From the NCBI GenBank assembly GCA_013265495.1, contig MU057744.1, forward strand, positions 2,493,370 through 2,557,369: DNA of 64,000 nt. The letters run 5' to 3'. Under the pieces are notes generated by a model. The model made no database searches and had not been told where the DNA came from. It saw nothing but the letters and a program-made list of their open reading frames with translations. The DNA is from Vicugna vicugna (taxonomy: Eukaryota). Numbering within the stretch: the stretch's first letter is position 1; each line of letters begins with the position of its first letter. Shown here piece by piece: positions 26,001 through 40,470 of the stretch. The translations under genes were made by a program, and so were the position numbers.

Positions 26001-27350
26001 GCAGACCACACTTCCTGAAGGTTCTCCGTGCCCATATATTCAGTGACCACTATGCACCAGGCACCGTTTGAGGCAGCGGGTTGCAGCAGTGAGGATGACG
26101 AAGGCAGATCCTGCTCTAACAGCACTTCTGATGGTCTCACCTCCAACGAGCCTCATGCCTCACTGCATGGCACCCCAGGCCTCTGCACGGATGCAATAAA
26201 TGAACACCTACAACTTCCCAGCATGCAGTCCTATCCAGGTTTTCCTGAAGGCACGTGCCTGCCTCTTCTCAAGAGGCTGTGCTCCCAGAATAAACCACCA
26301 GTTTACTTGACTCTCTCCTTAGTTATCTAATGGGTCCCGTATTCTTTGCCTGGACTTAATATTTCCACAGGTGAGAAACACAGGCGGGTACTCACCCTGC
26401 ATATCTAAGCCTGATAATACATGAGGAAGGATGTACGCAACACCCTTCTACCTGTTTCAGGTGGACTTGGTTTCGTGAAGCAGACTCAAGGTGCACTTTG
26501 TGCTCAAGTCTAGGAAGACGACTCTCCGTCTACATCTGTCTGCCTCATCAAATGACAAATCTCCCAAGATCTCACCGGTAGGCGTTTTGCCAGTCTTTAC
26601 TTTCCATAGTTTCAAAATGTTCTCTCCCTCCTCCCATGTATTTAGAAGAACTGTAATTAGAATTTTAGGGAGAATGGATATGGCACTGCTAAACACACAC
26701 CATTTGAACCAGATAGCCATCATTTTCGGATAAAATATTAAACATGTTATAACCCTGACTGTTGATTTGACTTGATTTTCTTCCTATCATATTTCTAGTA
26801 CTCTTTATTTTGTTTTATAATAGCATCAAGAAATTCTAACCAGACTTATTTATATAGTATCCTTAAAACGTAGGTAATTTTAACACCTGATTGAAATATT
26901 CTTTCTAAAATATGACTTTGTTATGTTCCTTAATATATTCACCACATTATATTTACAGTATTAAATTCCTACTTTGATTACAGAAAGCATACGCAACCTC
27001 CAAAATTTATATTTTTTGGATTCTTTTTACTGAATCCAGGCATCTTTTAAAAATGTGAATATCGTTTAATGATGGTGTGGCTTTATGTGATAAAAAATAA
27101 TTATGCAATATTTACTTGAGGCTTGTAACACAAAGTCTCATTCCCAAGGAAATCAGAACCAGAATAAATTGGAGCAATAAAACACATGTACTCACTATAA
27201 ATCTAGAGATCATTCTGCAACACTGAACAGGAGATAAAAAACAAACTTATTTTAAAATTAGACTTTACTTAAAAAGCATAATAATAACTTGTAAAGACTG
27301 AGTTATCTACAGGATAGTGACTTCTTTGATAAATATGGAAGACTTCTTTT
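20045..27350 (+). pseudogene. Helical repeat unit 3: exons 20045-20424, ~26824-26869 and first part of ~26959-27588
   Basis: RNVDRIATDNITHIL; QDMITKILFICLNTF..LNPLI*..SWNKEAATKFISV*..FREM*KH; LNSYFDY / KIYIFWILFTESRHLL. The donor after 20424 is interrupted by an LTR. Confidence 0.65.
20429..21048 (+). mobile_element. ERV1-type solo LTR, MER41-like, inserted at a pseudogene splice donor
   Basis: TG...CG termini, TSD gtaa / gtga (20425-20428 / 21049-21052), same family as 11481-12024. Confidence 0.85.
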
Positions 27351-30300
27351 ATCCTAAGAAAAGCAAAGTCAAAATGTTCATGGTGTGTGCATGTATGTAT
27401 GTGTGTGTGTGTGTGTTCGCTTTGAAAAGAGTGAATTTGAGGACCCTTGAAACACTAAAATCGATGGCTGAAGTTCCAAGACAATGAAAATTGCTCCCTC
27501 TGGAAACAGGAAGATTCCTATTGTAATAATGAGTGCATTTTTGTTTTATCAAACAACCTGGAACTCGCACCTCCTTATTTGTCTGTCTGTGAGTCTTTTA
27601 GATGCTGGGAAGTAACCCAGACAAGAAGAGAACATGGTAAAAAATTCTGTTTTTGCACAGTTATACCCATGGTGTCTGTTAAATATTCAAGAGGGCATGC
27701 CAAGTAAGCAATGGGCTACATGAATCTGGAATTCTGCAGTGAAATCAAGGGTGAAAATACAAATTTAGGAGTTACTGGCATGTGGTATGGTATTTCCGAC
27801 CAGTGGAATGACAGGATAGATCACCTTGGAAAAACTAGAGTTAGAAAAACGTGCAAGTACATTTTAGCTTAAACTTGTTTTGTTGAACACATTCATCTCT
27901 GTTTCCTCTTGGAGACCCACTAAATGAGTGTAATGTAATTAAAACTCTCCCTCCCAGCTAGGACAAAGCTCCCAGACTTAAAAGAGCAAGCAGCAAGTGC
28001 AAGTGTGGTCAGTCACTTCTGAAAAATAGGAAGCACACGAAGGGGTGAGGAGGGCTGGAAGCTGATTACTAGGTGCCTGGAGGGGGAGGTCAGTCAGAAC
28101 AATTTATTCCTCTATAAAACTCTAGGATGGCTGCACTACCAGGTGGATTTTTAGTGCAAGCAGTACGGACGAGGCAGGGAGCCAAGGTTAGGAAGACGGG
28201 TGGTTCCCACGCAGGAGCGCAGGCAGAACTCCACATCCGCTTCCTCAGCCTGCTCCAGAGGACATTAAGCAGGACGCCGTCCAAACCAGGGAGAGCTGAA
28301 GAAGGGTTTGGTTAGTGCCCTGCACATGCCAGAAACTCAAAGCTTCCCCTGCTGGGCTTCCTTGCAGAGCCAGGCTTGCATTTCCTCTTCACCTCTGACG
28401 ACACCCGTCGGCGAGGAGGGGCAGGGAGTCTCCACGACTGCCAGCGAGGTCCCATGTCCATCACGAGTCATTCGAGCGTCCAGAGACAAGGGGCAGAGCA
28501 CTCATATCCGCCGTGTTTGTTTAGCAGGTTTGGCTGATTTTAGAGTCAACAGTGAGGTGGCCTCTTGATTCCAGCGTCTCGATGATGCCATGTATCCTTT
28601 GAGTTAAACATTCTGGGCTCTGGCTTCCTGATCCCAGCAATGCTGGTAAGAGAGGATATTCCTGGCAGCAATGGAGCCAGTGACAACTGCCTGGTTCCTG
28701 ACTTTCTTGATAGCGACAGTGTGGGTCCATTCACAGGCCAGTTCTGGAGTGTTTTTCTGGGGATAATTTTGAAAATTCTACCTGGAACTACTTCTCCAAC
28801 CATCTGAATGTAGTTCTCTAAACACAAAACCACTTGTATTAAATTCCTCCAGGTTAAATGGCCAGAGTGGCTTTCCTTACAGAGGTAGTCGACGAGAGGA
28901 GGCCGCATTTGAGAGAGAAGGTTTAGAGCACGTCTGTGTGAAGGATGCTGGCATGCCCGTTCCTGCCGCATGTGCTCCACTTTTTCCAAGTCCAACGGAA
29001 GCCCACACACCCTCTTTCCTAAATGCACGTGTGCATATGCTGTGTGCACACAGACACACACGCACACACGCATGCGCACACGACTGTTTGTTTTCTGACT
29101 ACCTTAAGGACAGGCTCCCAGATAGTCCATGCATATACGGAATCCAGCTGGCCTTCGGTAACATCCTGAAGAATGAATTGGCAGACAAAAATGACCAAAT
29201 ATTTGAGGAAACCTTGTACAAGTAAGACAGAGATTGAAAAAAAGAATAGAAAAGAAAGAGAGAAAGGAAGGGGGGGAGGAATGGAGAGGTAGAGAGAGGA
29301 GTGGAGGGAGGAGGAAAAGGCAGGATGGGTGATTCAAAAGAAAATGTCAAAACTGTAATTAAAAGCTATAGTGGGAACTATATTCAATATCTTCTAATAA
29401 CCTACAATGAAAAAGAATCTGAAATATATATGTGTATGTGTGTGTGTAAACTGAATCACTATGCTGTATACCAGAAACCAACACAACACTGGAAATCAAC
29501 TCTGCTTCAACAACAAAAATTTTTTTTATAAAAAGTAAACAAAAGCTATAGTGAAGAGCAGAGGGTCCAGGCTGTCCTCTGGCAATGACGTTGAGAAGTA
29601 GGTTGTGAAAAGAAGCCGCCGTCAGAGAACACGCGGGAGGAGTGACCATTAGCTGGAGGGAGCTTTAAGAAAGTACGATGCTACAGAACTTTGAGCAGAG
29701 GTCTCCGCTCAGCAGAGCACACGCCCTCCTCCTCCTGGGCTGGAGCTGAGCCCGCTTCCCGGCCCTTGCAGGTCGCTGTGACTGTGCTGCAGACGCAGCG
29801 GCGTGTGGTCTGGGAACCAGCCCCTGTGAAAAGCCTCTCCTGTGATGCTCTGTGCACTCTCTGCTCCCTCATCTGAGGCCTTTTCTCTGAGCACCAACAT
29901 CCAGAATGGGTCCCAGATGACCGTGTGGAGCAGAGCCCTTTCCCTTCCTTCACCCTCGTTGGGACTTCATGCAAACAAGAAACAAACTTCCACTGAATAA
30001 ATCAATCTGATTTTGTGGCTGATTTTTTTACAGCAGTTAGCTTAACCTGACTGATTCGGAAGTCATGTAAAGCCATCGGTGAGATGCCCTTTCTGCATTA
30101 GGCTCCTGAGAAAGGCTGAAGTCTCAACGGTTGGGTGGACCAGAGGAAGGAAAGGGGTCGTATCATCGGTCTCTTCTCTTCAGCCAGTTCCACCCCTTGT
30201 GCACCCTCTCCTCTCCTCTATTAGGACTCACTTTGAGAAAGAGTTCATGGGCGTAAAAGCACCACAGGATACCTTATGCCCCATGTTCATGTGCTGTGTT

Positions 30301-32537
30301 CTGAGAGTGGTGTGTATGTGGGCATCCTTTTTGGGGTACCAACTCCTAGAATAGCAAAAGGCAGAAAGAGTGAAACAGCCAGCTAGTGTCACTGTCAAAT
30401 GCCAGATTCAGTGAAAAATTCTTCCAGCAATCTGGCAAGGGAGAGACTGACTTCAGCATAAAACACCTGCCCATACAAAGCAGATAACGAAATAAAGCAA
30501 GCAGAGCACTGTGGAAATGCGCCTGTGGCTCCCAGAGAGCGTATGCACACTGAGGCTCTCACAAATCAGCCTGTTTATGACTGTGCTTTTATTTTGTTCT
30601 GCTTGCTTTATAAACTAACTGCTGTTGGAATGACCGACAGATGGTAAAATCTGAGATGGTAATGCCTCCACAGAGGTCACTCATGTTTCCTTCAGGACTT
30701 AGTGATACAGAGGACATAACATTTCCAAGACCGTCACCTCTCACTCACTCAGTGGATGACCTCTTGTGCGTCTGCTCTGAAAGCTCCCTGGAGAACTCGG
30801 TATATCTCGTAAAGAAACCTGTGGCTGGCCGTAGGTCTCCAGTTTCAAACAAAAAAATTAGAATTTTGTCATGTATATTATTTAGGTTCTGATCGCTATA
30901 CTTGAGGGCATATTCTAGCCAAGAAACAGCAATAATGGCTCAAGAAACACCCAAAGCACCATCCAGAGAAAACTGAAAGGGTTTGAAGACTACAGAACAC
31001 TGCAGGCTGTGAACCTCCAACCCTTCACAAACCCACCAGAGGGTGAAGAAACCCTTCCTGGGAACCTCAAAGCTGAGTTAGCCATCCATTGTTTATTCTT
31101 AATTGTTTATGTCCTCAATAACCTCTCTACCTGAAACTTTTAAAATTTTTATTTTTTCTTATTTGTTTGTAAAAATAAGATGTGCATTCAGGGTTTCGCC
31201 TCTCCAGGATGGTAAGCATCAGGAACTCTTCTCCTATATGAGTACTTCTCCGGGCCCATGAGCTTGCCCTCCTTGTTCATGCCTGTGACAGCAGCACAAA
31301 CAGTGGTAGGGACTCCCGCAGGCATTGGCCTGGTCATGTCAATGAATGTGTTGATCACACTGTATTACTGATAACCAACCAAGCATTTCTTCAAACCCAA
31401 TTAAGTAATTTTAAATGACTATTGTTGGCCTATAAAAATGAAGACTCATTGGAGGATTTTTAGAAGAAAAATCCACTTCCACTCCAGTGGAAGTGCCTAT
31501 AATAAATACTGAGGTACAAAGTAAAACACTGAAGATTCCACGGGGAAGGTACTGGAAGGTCATTATGGAAAATAAATCATATTTTCACCTTCATTTATAA
31601 AGACTGCTTAAGATAAAAAAAATATTGGAAATGTTATATATTTATCCAGAATATAATTCCAACATAGAGAATGTGGCCCCAGATTTGTAAAAGAAACATT
31701 GACTAACATTAAGAACTGTCCATTTTCCTGGCCGTGGGGTTGGCAAAGACAGCCACTTGGTTGTGCCTGAAATGCTACATCGCCCAGACCGTACTGGAAG
31801 AGACAGGACTACTGCAATCCTGAATAATGATTCCGAAACATCAGGCACGAACGCCTTCTCCATCTGCTATATTCAGTGCTCTCCAGAATACTTTCACTTG
31901 CTGTGTGTGCCATCACAGGGAAGAGGTTCAGAAGCACAGAAGCACTGGAAGTAAAAATAGAGAAAAGAGTCTCCCGAGGACTCTGCAGGGCACACGGCTT
32001 CATTTCACTCACAGAAAGCGTGACAGGATACGCGCTTTACTTTCGCTACTGGAAGACCATGACTTGTACATGAAAGAAAAAGACAATTGAGGTGATTACC
32101 TTTAAAGTTTAAATTACAGTAAGAAATTCTGTCTCTAATTCTTGAAGCTGTAATCCTTTCTCAAGAATTGAAATGCAAGATACACCAGCATATTTTATCC
32201 AAAGAGCTCCATCTGGTTTATGGGGTTTATTTCTGCAAGTCAGCAGCAAGTATGAGGAACTGTTTGTGATTCCTCTTCTGAGACACTGTGGAAGGACATT
32301 TAAAACTTAACCAGGTTTATTTTCGTAAGACATAGATAAAACCTAAAAGAAATCCAAGGAGAGACTCAAATATGACTCAACATATTTTCAGGTGATTTCT
32401 GAAATCTATTCATTTAAAGCATATTAAAATAATTAAGTTACAGTTCAGAGAACATCCTCAATTAGGACAACTCACAGAGAGAACGAACATAAAGGAATTC
32501 TTATCTGCCTTCAATAGTGACCAGCCAATAGTTCACT
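27310..32537 (+). pseudogene. Helical repeat unit 4: end of exon ~26959-27588, exons 28814-28884, 29109-29221, 31919-32091 and 32392-~32537
   Basis: RQ*KLLPLE (TGA likely from TGG; TTC3 'LSWKVLSTE'), TRTSLFVCL ('VKTRIFLHVL'), KWPEWLS ('KLAAWIQ'), DQIFEETLYK, RIRALLSLLEDH ('ARCLIWLLEEH'), GDF*NLF. Donors gtgagt, gtagtc, gtaaga, gtgatt with largely consistent phases. Confidence 0.7.
29360..29525 (+). mobile_element. Short L1 3' end
   Basis: gggaactatattcaatatctt..aaaagaatctgaaa..ctgaatcactatgctgtataccagaaaccaacacaacac. Confidence 0.75.
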
Positions 32538-33771
32538 GTGTAATTAGAACCACTTCTTAAGCTGTCTGTAATATTTATCTCCCCAGGTTCTCTGTGTTCT
32601 AAGAAGATATTTTCATAACTAAAAAGAATGCCTCTAAAGAAAAAAAAATCCAATTTCTATTGACCATAAACATCTTTTGAAGGTTCAGGCTGAGCCTACA
32701 GCCCTGTGTTACCAGGGGTGCGGCCTGGAACCCACTGCCCAGAGCTGGGAAGCTGGGCCCAGCTCAAGCCTGGGCAGCTAGCCTGGAAGACCAGCACCTA
32801 ATTCTGATGTGCAGCGTCCCTGGCGCTGCACGCTTCACAACGTACTGGGACAGTCTGCATGGACACTGCTACTGCTGCTGCTGCTGAGAGTCCTCTATCC
32901 TCCACATCTGCTAAAATCCAACAGTAAGAGCTTAAAGGGGGGAGAAAGGGACCGTGGTGCCGCCTGACTCTCAAGTGAATCTGATGCAAAAAGATGTGAG
33001 GGCCACAGATGGACCATTCGACACCCGCGGGCACTGTTTCAGATTCTCAGTCACCTGTTTCTGGAGCCCTTGACTCCTTGCTCAGCTCAAGCTGAGGCTG
33101 AGGAGACCCACTTCCCATGCACGTCTGGGCACTTCCACCAAGCGACCGGCCAGATGGAAACTGGGACGCCCCACGGCCCAACACTGACCGAGGGCAGATG
33201 GTGGAAGCAGACACCCTGAGTCCCTCTTTGTGTCCCCATCTGTGTCCATTCTGGAGCAGGGTGATTCCTCTCAGCCTGTCTGCAGATGCTGCAGGCACAG
33301 AGGGACGGAGTGTGTTTCTTCAAGAAGAAAGGAGCTCTGTGTAACGTGCTACCTCTTCATTTCTCTTTCTTCCTTGCCTTTTTGCTACTCTGGCCTTTCT
33401 TAGTAAAGCATCAGTACTCAAAATTCAATATATATATATATATTCTGCAATGTTTAGTATTGAAGCAGAATAGAAGCAGATCAAGTTATTATGCTTTAGT
33501 CAAATTATTTTGAGACTTGTTCCTTTTAAAAGCAGGGGATAAGAGGCATTCAATTTGGCCAGTAGCCAAATCTGCATAAATAAGATTCCCACTAAAATGA
33601 AGATCTCTCAATTTCTTTCAGCATCTATCTTTTTATTAAAATGTGGTTATAATCAAACTTCACGATTCAGGACTTTCAACAACTGTTTTCAGGATTTGAA
33701 TTAAGGGATGAACACCTTTTAAAATTATACTCTATATTCTTAATAAATAAAAGTAGTATCTCCTTGTACAG

Positions 33772-36700
33772 TTATGAGAAATTCATAGGCAAATGATACT
33801 ATTTATAATGTTACAATTGTCTATAATGTTATAATTCATGAAAGGCAAAAGAGCTTACAACACTATCTCTTATAAAGGGAGTTCTGCCAAGACGTTTGAT
33901 AAAATGCGGATTTTGAAAGTTAATTGCCGAAAGTTCAGACATATTTGGATTTTGGTTGTGCAGTTAAAATTCCACATGTGGATATGCAGGAAAATATTCT
34001 CCCTAAAAGAGAAGAGACAGAAATAGGAGTCTCTGAGGCCTGACTGGCTCATGGAAATACCAGTCTCTCTATCGTCAGCTTTAGACAGCATGTTTGAGTG
34101 CAGGCAGCCTCTGAGAGCTAGACTGACCCTGATCCTCGTTTTTTAATCACCTTGCCTTCTCGTGCAGAGAACTACACAGCAATTATCATACTGATGTTTC
34201 TAACTAACTTCCCAAACCAGGTGGTCTTCATTTCCATATTGCTGCAGAATCATGCTTTCTCCCTGAGCCCAAATTGCCATATATTTACCATTTAATTTTT
34301 TCCTGAGCTAGCAACATGAAACAAAATGTAATAAACCTAATAGCCTTCCTTCTACCCATAGAAATCCTGGATTAAAAATAACAGGATAAATTTTTAAATG
34401 TAGCAAAAAAATTTTTTTTTAAAAACTGAAAAAAAAATTTGTCAGTGTGCAAAACCAGAGTGAACTTGACACAACAGCGGTATGCAGTCTGAAAAGAACT
34501 AGGTCCAGAAACAGGACGTAACGACTGGGTGTCTGTTTATCCCACGATAAGGGGTATACGGCTCTTCCCCAGGTCCAAGGAAAGTCAGACTCTGGAACTG
34601 AGATGTCTACACAGTGCAGGAAGCCTGGCAGGTGTCCCCCCAGGACAGGGGATGGAAAAGAACCACCTGCACCTCAAGATGCAATAGGAAATCTGGCTTT
34701 AACTTGAACTCACTATGTGGAAAAAGCGATAGCCTCTACCCAGGGCAAGTACTGAGCTCAAAACTGTCGAAGTTCCTTTGTTTAGATTCCATAAGCCAGT
34801 AATTAACATAAAGGAACAAACAAGGCCACCTTTGAAATCCGTTGAGCACCTGCTGGGACAAACCTGAAATAACTCTCGAGGAACAGGAGTATTAAAGCCT
34901 ATGGGAAGACCCCAGAGTCGGAGGCAGGAACTGAAGATGAACTAGTAGCAAAAAATAATAATTCAACGGTAAACATTTCACCATAAAGAAGAGAACACGA
35001 GAATGACATACGTGAAGATTAACACCAAGAGATACTACAGAGCAATTTGAAAGTGATGTAAAAACCATTCAGACTCTCCATTTATGAAGAGAAGAAGCTA
35101 CAATGAAAAGAGTCAATGCTATGAACAAAAGATCAAGCAGATCCGAGAAGCAGCAAGGTCTGGAACTGAAAACCTCAGCGATGAGTTAAATATCTAATTG
35201 CAACCAGCTGAAAAGGAAATCAGCAGAAACTTAGGAAAGATGTGAGGAAAATACCCAAGATCTGGAATAGAGAGAGGTGCCTGATGTGAATATGAGAGAT
35301 TATCTTACATGAAAATATCGGGTAACAACACAGTTGGTGTTTTAGAACAACAGGAATTTTTATACAGCAAGTCCAAAATAATCTAGAGATAAACTATTAG
35401 GATAAATAATAGGCTCTTGATAGTTTTTCACATATGAAGTAACTACACAAAATTAATAGTTTTTCTTTATAGAAGCAAAAATTAATTAGGTAATTCTAAC
35501 TTAAAAGAATAGTTTAGGTGGTGAGTTCTGTCAATTTTTTTGTCTGCATCAGTGTGTCTAGTGAATGATTAAATGATTTTTGTTCTACTAAAAAAAAAGA
35601 AGGATTGAGTTTAGTTTGGGATTATGAAAAATTCCGGAGATGGATAGTGGTGATGGTTGCACAACAGTGTGAATGTACTTAATGCCACTAAACTTAAAAA
35701 TCTATTAAATGGTCAGTTTTAAGATATATATAGTTTACTACAATAAAAACAGTTTTTACAAGCTATGGCATCAACTGCTCAAAATACTGAATAATTAAAT
35801 TCAAATTTACAAGAGATTTAAAAAAATTACAGTTTCTACTGAAATAAACTGAGAACCTAATTATAGAATGAAACCATGTTCATAAATTCAGTATCTTATG
35901 CCAATTTTCTTCATAATAATGTACAAATTAAATGTAATTCTAATAATCTCAGAAGTGTTTTACAATGACACTGGGGTATTTCTCATAAAAGTCACACTGA
36001 AGAACAAGTTACTAAAAATAACAAAGTAATTTGGAAGGTAAGTAATGAAGATGATTGGCTCACAGACTATCAGGCTTTACATAATGTCACAGTTATGCCA
36101 GGTCAGCAGGGCTTCACGGATAACTTTTGTAGAGACTGAGCTGCCTGACAGTGGAGGAGACTGAGGTTTAGAGACTCGTAAGTATACTCCGAGGCCCACC
36201 ATGTAAATGGAGTGTGGTTAGAAAGTTGTTGGGGGTGGTGACGTATCCACTGGAGTCTGAAGACAGATGAAAACACAGAAACTAGAGTCAACCTCCCTGC
36301 CTTATTATGAAGACATGAAATGACCTGCAGGGACTCCTCAAGACAGTGAGTAGAGACAGCAGCCAGGAAACATCAGGATGACGTTCAAGGACGTGGGAAT
36401 CCATTGGTCCATGGATGTTTGGATGATAGCTGAATTCAGGCATCTTGAAAGTATTTCTCCAAAGTAGGCACAGTGCCAAGCCTGGGGGACCCCAACTATT
36501 TAGAGGGTATGGATTCTATTTCTTGCAAAGGAGCAAAAATAGGGACAGGTGGCAGACAGTTAGAATGTGTGCTGCCCACATCATGAAATGTGCTAGTACT
36601 TCTCCCAAGGCGCCTTGAAGAACGTATGCATGTATCTCAAATAAGACTTGGGATGATGGCTACATCTTGAGCATTTATGGCCAAACAAGAAAGACCTGCG

Positions 36701-37714
36701 ACAGCAGGGCAATTAAATGTGAATAAACAACAACATGAACAAACAAACAAACAACATGTCCCTTTCCTCTCTTGACTCCTTCATTTCCTCAACTTCTGAA
36801 AAAATAGGGTGTGTGCCGGAGACGTCACCAAGAGTGGGAGGATGTGAGAGTCTGACACTGGCTGATCTCCAGATGTCAGCAGCTGGAGAAAAATTAAGGC
36901 ATTTATATGCCCTTTGAGTCCTGCCATTTAACAAGCTGATTACATCAAGAAAAATAATAGATGATTCAGAGTACTAAATCTTATAGTTCCCTGAAATTAG
37001 TAATTTAATATTTCTAAATTCAGTCTTCTAATGGTTTGCAAAATATTTATTTATGGTAATATATTTTTCTAGGTTAAAAAAACAGAATTATTTTCTCTAC
37101 ATCATAATTACAATAATTTGGTGTTACTCTGGTAAATTCTTTACAGGCCTTGTACCAAGAGGTTTGTCAAAACAATTGACCAGATAGGCTAAAAGTTAAA
37201 CAAAGAAGTAACTAGAGGTTAGTATAACAGTTTATACAGAGATGATATTTCTCACTTTTTTCCTTGATATGGAAGAAAAACAGTGTTATGAGACATGACT
37301 CTTTGCTGAAAGTAACTCCCTAGGTACATCACTAGAGTCAAGATCATGTTAATTATAGTAACACAGTACTATACTAGGTCAAGAAGGCTCATTGTTACAT
37401 ATTTTTATTATGAATAAATGTTTACAGTGGACTACACTGTATGTGATGCTATCTGTGAATAAAGTCCCATGTCTGCCTCCACGGTCACAAGAAGTTGGAA
37501 GCAGAACCCAAACCATCTGGGTTACTTGACATCAGCACCAACTTAATGCTACAAATGTTTCCTTTCTCTGTATTTGAAGCTGAAGACGTTGGTTGATTTT
37601 CTAATAAAATATAAACGTATTAGCAAGAACAATGTAGTAAAATTTAACACGAAATATATTCAATCAAGAATGTCTATGTTTCCGGTGGAAGGAACCTTAG
37701 CTGTATTCCCTCAA
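33772..37714 (+). pseudogene. Helical repeat unit 5: exons 33772-34026, 37147-~37357, ~37427-37482 and 37580-37714
   Basis: ..NR|PCTKRFVKTIDQIG*KLNKEVTRG*YNSLYRDDISHFFP*YG versus TTC3 'NNRVKTRIFLHVLSEL...LNSFGLDATGTFFSRYG' (TGA at the Arg position); LKTLVDFLIKYKR..IFNQECLCFR versus 'ARCLIWLLEEHR..IMDSRCTVLR'. Confidence 0.7.
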
Positions 37715-40323
37715 GTAGAATTCCTTCAGCTTTTTACGAACTAACGGGGTTGAATGGAAGTATGTGCGCAGGGGCAGGACTTACTCTACTAGCATCCGTG
37801 CTTCCGTGGGGGATGGCACGTAGTGAGCTAACTACGGGGAACCCCCAAAGGTCAGCACCTGGAGGAACGCGCTCTCTGGAGAGGATTCTCCTGGAGCAAG
37901 AGGGCTTGGAGTACTTCCTTTCTGTCTTGATTTTCCTTTAACATTTGCATTCCTGAACTGCAACACTTAACTTCTCTGTACCCAGAAGTCCTCAGTCTGC
38001 AATTTCCCAGCGTTTAATTCTTTGGAGAAGAAATGCAGTCTCCAGGAGTGCTGTAGGTAGAAGGGACACCATCTGGCTGATTCCGAGAGCTTCTGGAGGG
38101 GATGCAGGAGTTCAGCTGCCCCCTCAGGGCAAGTCTGAACAATCCCTCCATTTTTAGACCTAAGCCTCATCCCTGCCTTCGGAGATGCCTGGGACCTCAA
38201 GGCATGAGTTTTCAAGTGTTGATATCATTTCTTCCCCCCATTTTAGGTTCCTGTACATTTTTTAAAGGAAGGTTGATTGAGAATTTTGCGTTGTGCTTCT
38301 TGTTTCCTTACTAAAATATTACAAATCTGAGAGTGTGGAAGGTAGTCCTAGAAGTAGAAACCAGTGAGAGAGAGACAAGAGCTGGAAGAAATTAGTTCCA
38401 CAATCCTACTGTAAAGACATTTTGTTCCATTACTTAATGCTTTGTCATAAAATTGACACTATTTATTACCAGAGGTAACTGTGAGAAAAGTTTTAAAAAT
38501 CTGATGAAATCGTAAAGGACAAATAATCTAATGCCTCCATCTTACAGAAGGGAAAATTAAGCTTAAACTCTGAAATATCAGTGAATGTAAGTATGCTTTC
38601 AAGGATCATCTACTCAAAGGATCATAGAGTTGTACAGTACAAAACAATGCAGTGTATTTACTCTGGAGTTGGCATCTACTCAGTGTATTAATTATTTGCA
38701 GTAATAGCCTACTGGGTTTTCTTAAAACTTTAGTTTTGTTGCTTGTTAGACACAAATGACATTTAAATCTCTAACTAACGAGAGTATCACAATCCTATTT
38801 CACCTGAAAATATTCAGATTAAACTAAGTATATTTATTTAGACAAGATGAATTATTATAAATAGAATCATAATTTGGAAGCATGATAATGCAAGTGAAAT
38901 GCATTTTAATGAAAAGCTAGTTATAATTATGAGTTAAAGAAAATGCTACTGCTTTCCTTTCTGTGCCATGAAGTAAACAGCTTTATGGTTCAGAGCAAAT
39001 ATTTTAATCTCCCTCATCTTCATTTTCCTCATTGGCAAAATCTCTAAGCTGAACAGAATCTGGTCCTTTCCCCTTTAAACCCATTTTTTCCCCTCATGTA
39101 TGTTTCGTATAGTGGAAAACTTTTCATATAATTTATCACTCCATTTTTTCCCTCCTGTTTAGAAGAACAAAGGTGGTTTTGCCAAGATGACACATATTCA
39201 TTTTCCAGTTCACTATGACATTATGATAATTTCTGTCTCTTTAAGACAATTTTTATTTAGTTCTAGGAATTTTACATTTTGTTAGGCACTTTTTATGAAC
39301 TATAATAGATATCGTCCCTTGAGTTCATTCTAAAACAGCACCTAAAACAAATTTACTGTAATATACAATTACAGTTTTCAAACAAATGACTGGGGTCCAC
39401 CAGTTTGAATGGAGTGATGCAGCAACCTGCAAATCTAGAGTTAGTGCCAGTTTTTCCAAACGCATATTGAAATATTTGCTGAGGATTTTCATGTGTAGTA
39501 TGCATAACAAGGAGTGAAATAAAAATGGCATCAGGAATTCAAGAGGAAATAACACATACATTATACTCAAGACTGATAATCATATTTGTTCAATGTGTTA
39601 GGGCAATAATAAAATTTAAAAATCATCTCTAAAATTGAAGGCCTAACAGAAATTATAAAAAGTGCAGAATAACATTTTAAAATATGACTATTCATTAAGA
39701 GTAAATTTGGGATTTTTAAACAGTCACTCAGTAAATATACACTGATCTCAAAACTAAGTACCAAGCATTAGGCTGGGTAGTTGATGACATCCAGCACAGA
39801 CTCCTGTCCTCGTGGAATCTGCAGTCCGGTTGGGGAGACAGAGAAGTAATTTTAATGCAATATAAATGCTAAGATTAAAGACAGAATGTTCTGTTGGGGG
39901 CATATGAGGAGGACAGCACATTCACTAATGAGGAAACAGAATAAACCAAAGAACTGAAGGATGGGGATTAGGAAGGAGGTGACAGAGGGGTGGGTGATAA
40001 CAGTGCTTCAAGGAGAACAAGCAGCCTCTGAGAAGGCCTCAGAGGAAAAACCTGTAGGATAATAGAAGACCTTCAAGAAACCCAGTGTGGTTCTTGCAGA
40101 GAGTGTAACAGTAAGAAATGAGAAGTACATAGAAAGCAGTGGATCTTCACATGTGGTCCCTGGACCACTCCACATAAGACTGATCATCAGTCAATGTTTA
40201 TCAATGTTTTTCAAGTACGAAAGTGGCTTTAAAAGATACTTCAAATGTGGTCTTAGTCTATGTCCCTTTTAATTCAGGCACTTCTGGGAGTTTTTTCCCC
40301 TGTGGCTAATGTGCTAATACTTG

Positions 40324-40438
40324 TCACTGTTATCATCAGCATCAGCATCATAATCATCATCATCACCATCAGTAGCAGCAGCAGCAGCATCACCATCAGC
40401 ATCACTATCACCACCACAACCACCACCACCACCACCAT

Positions 40439-40470
<32 letters not shown>

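Noticed and set aside
38548..38586. Small exon-like segment with gtaagt donor
   Set aside because: The acceptor region resembles a MIR core (cctccatcttacagaagggaaaatt) and has no family motif.
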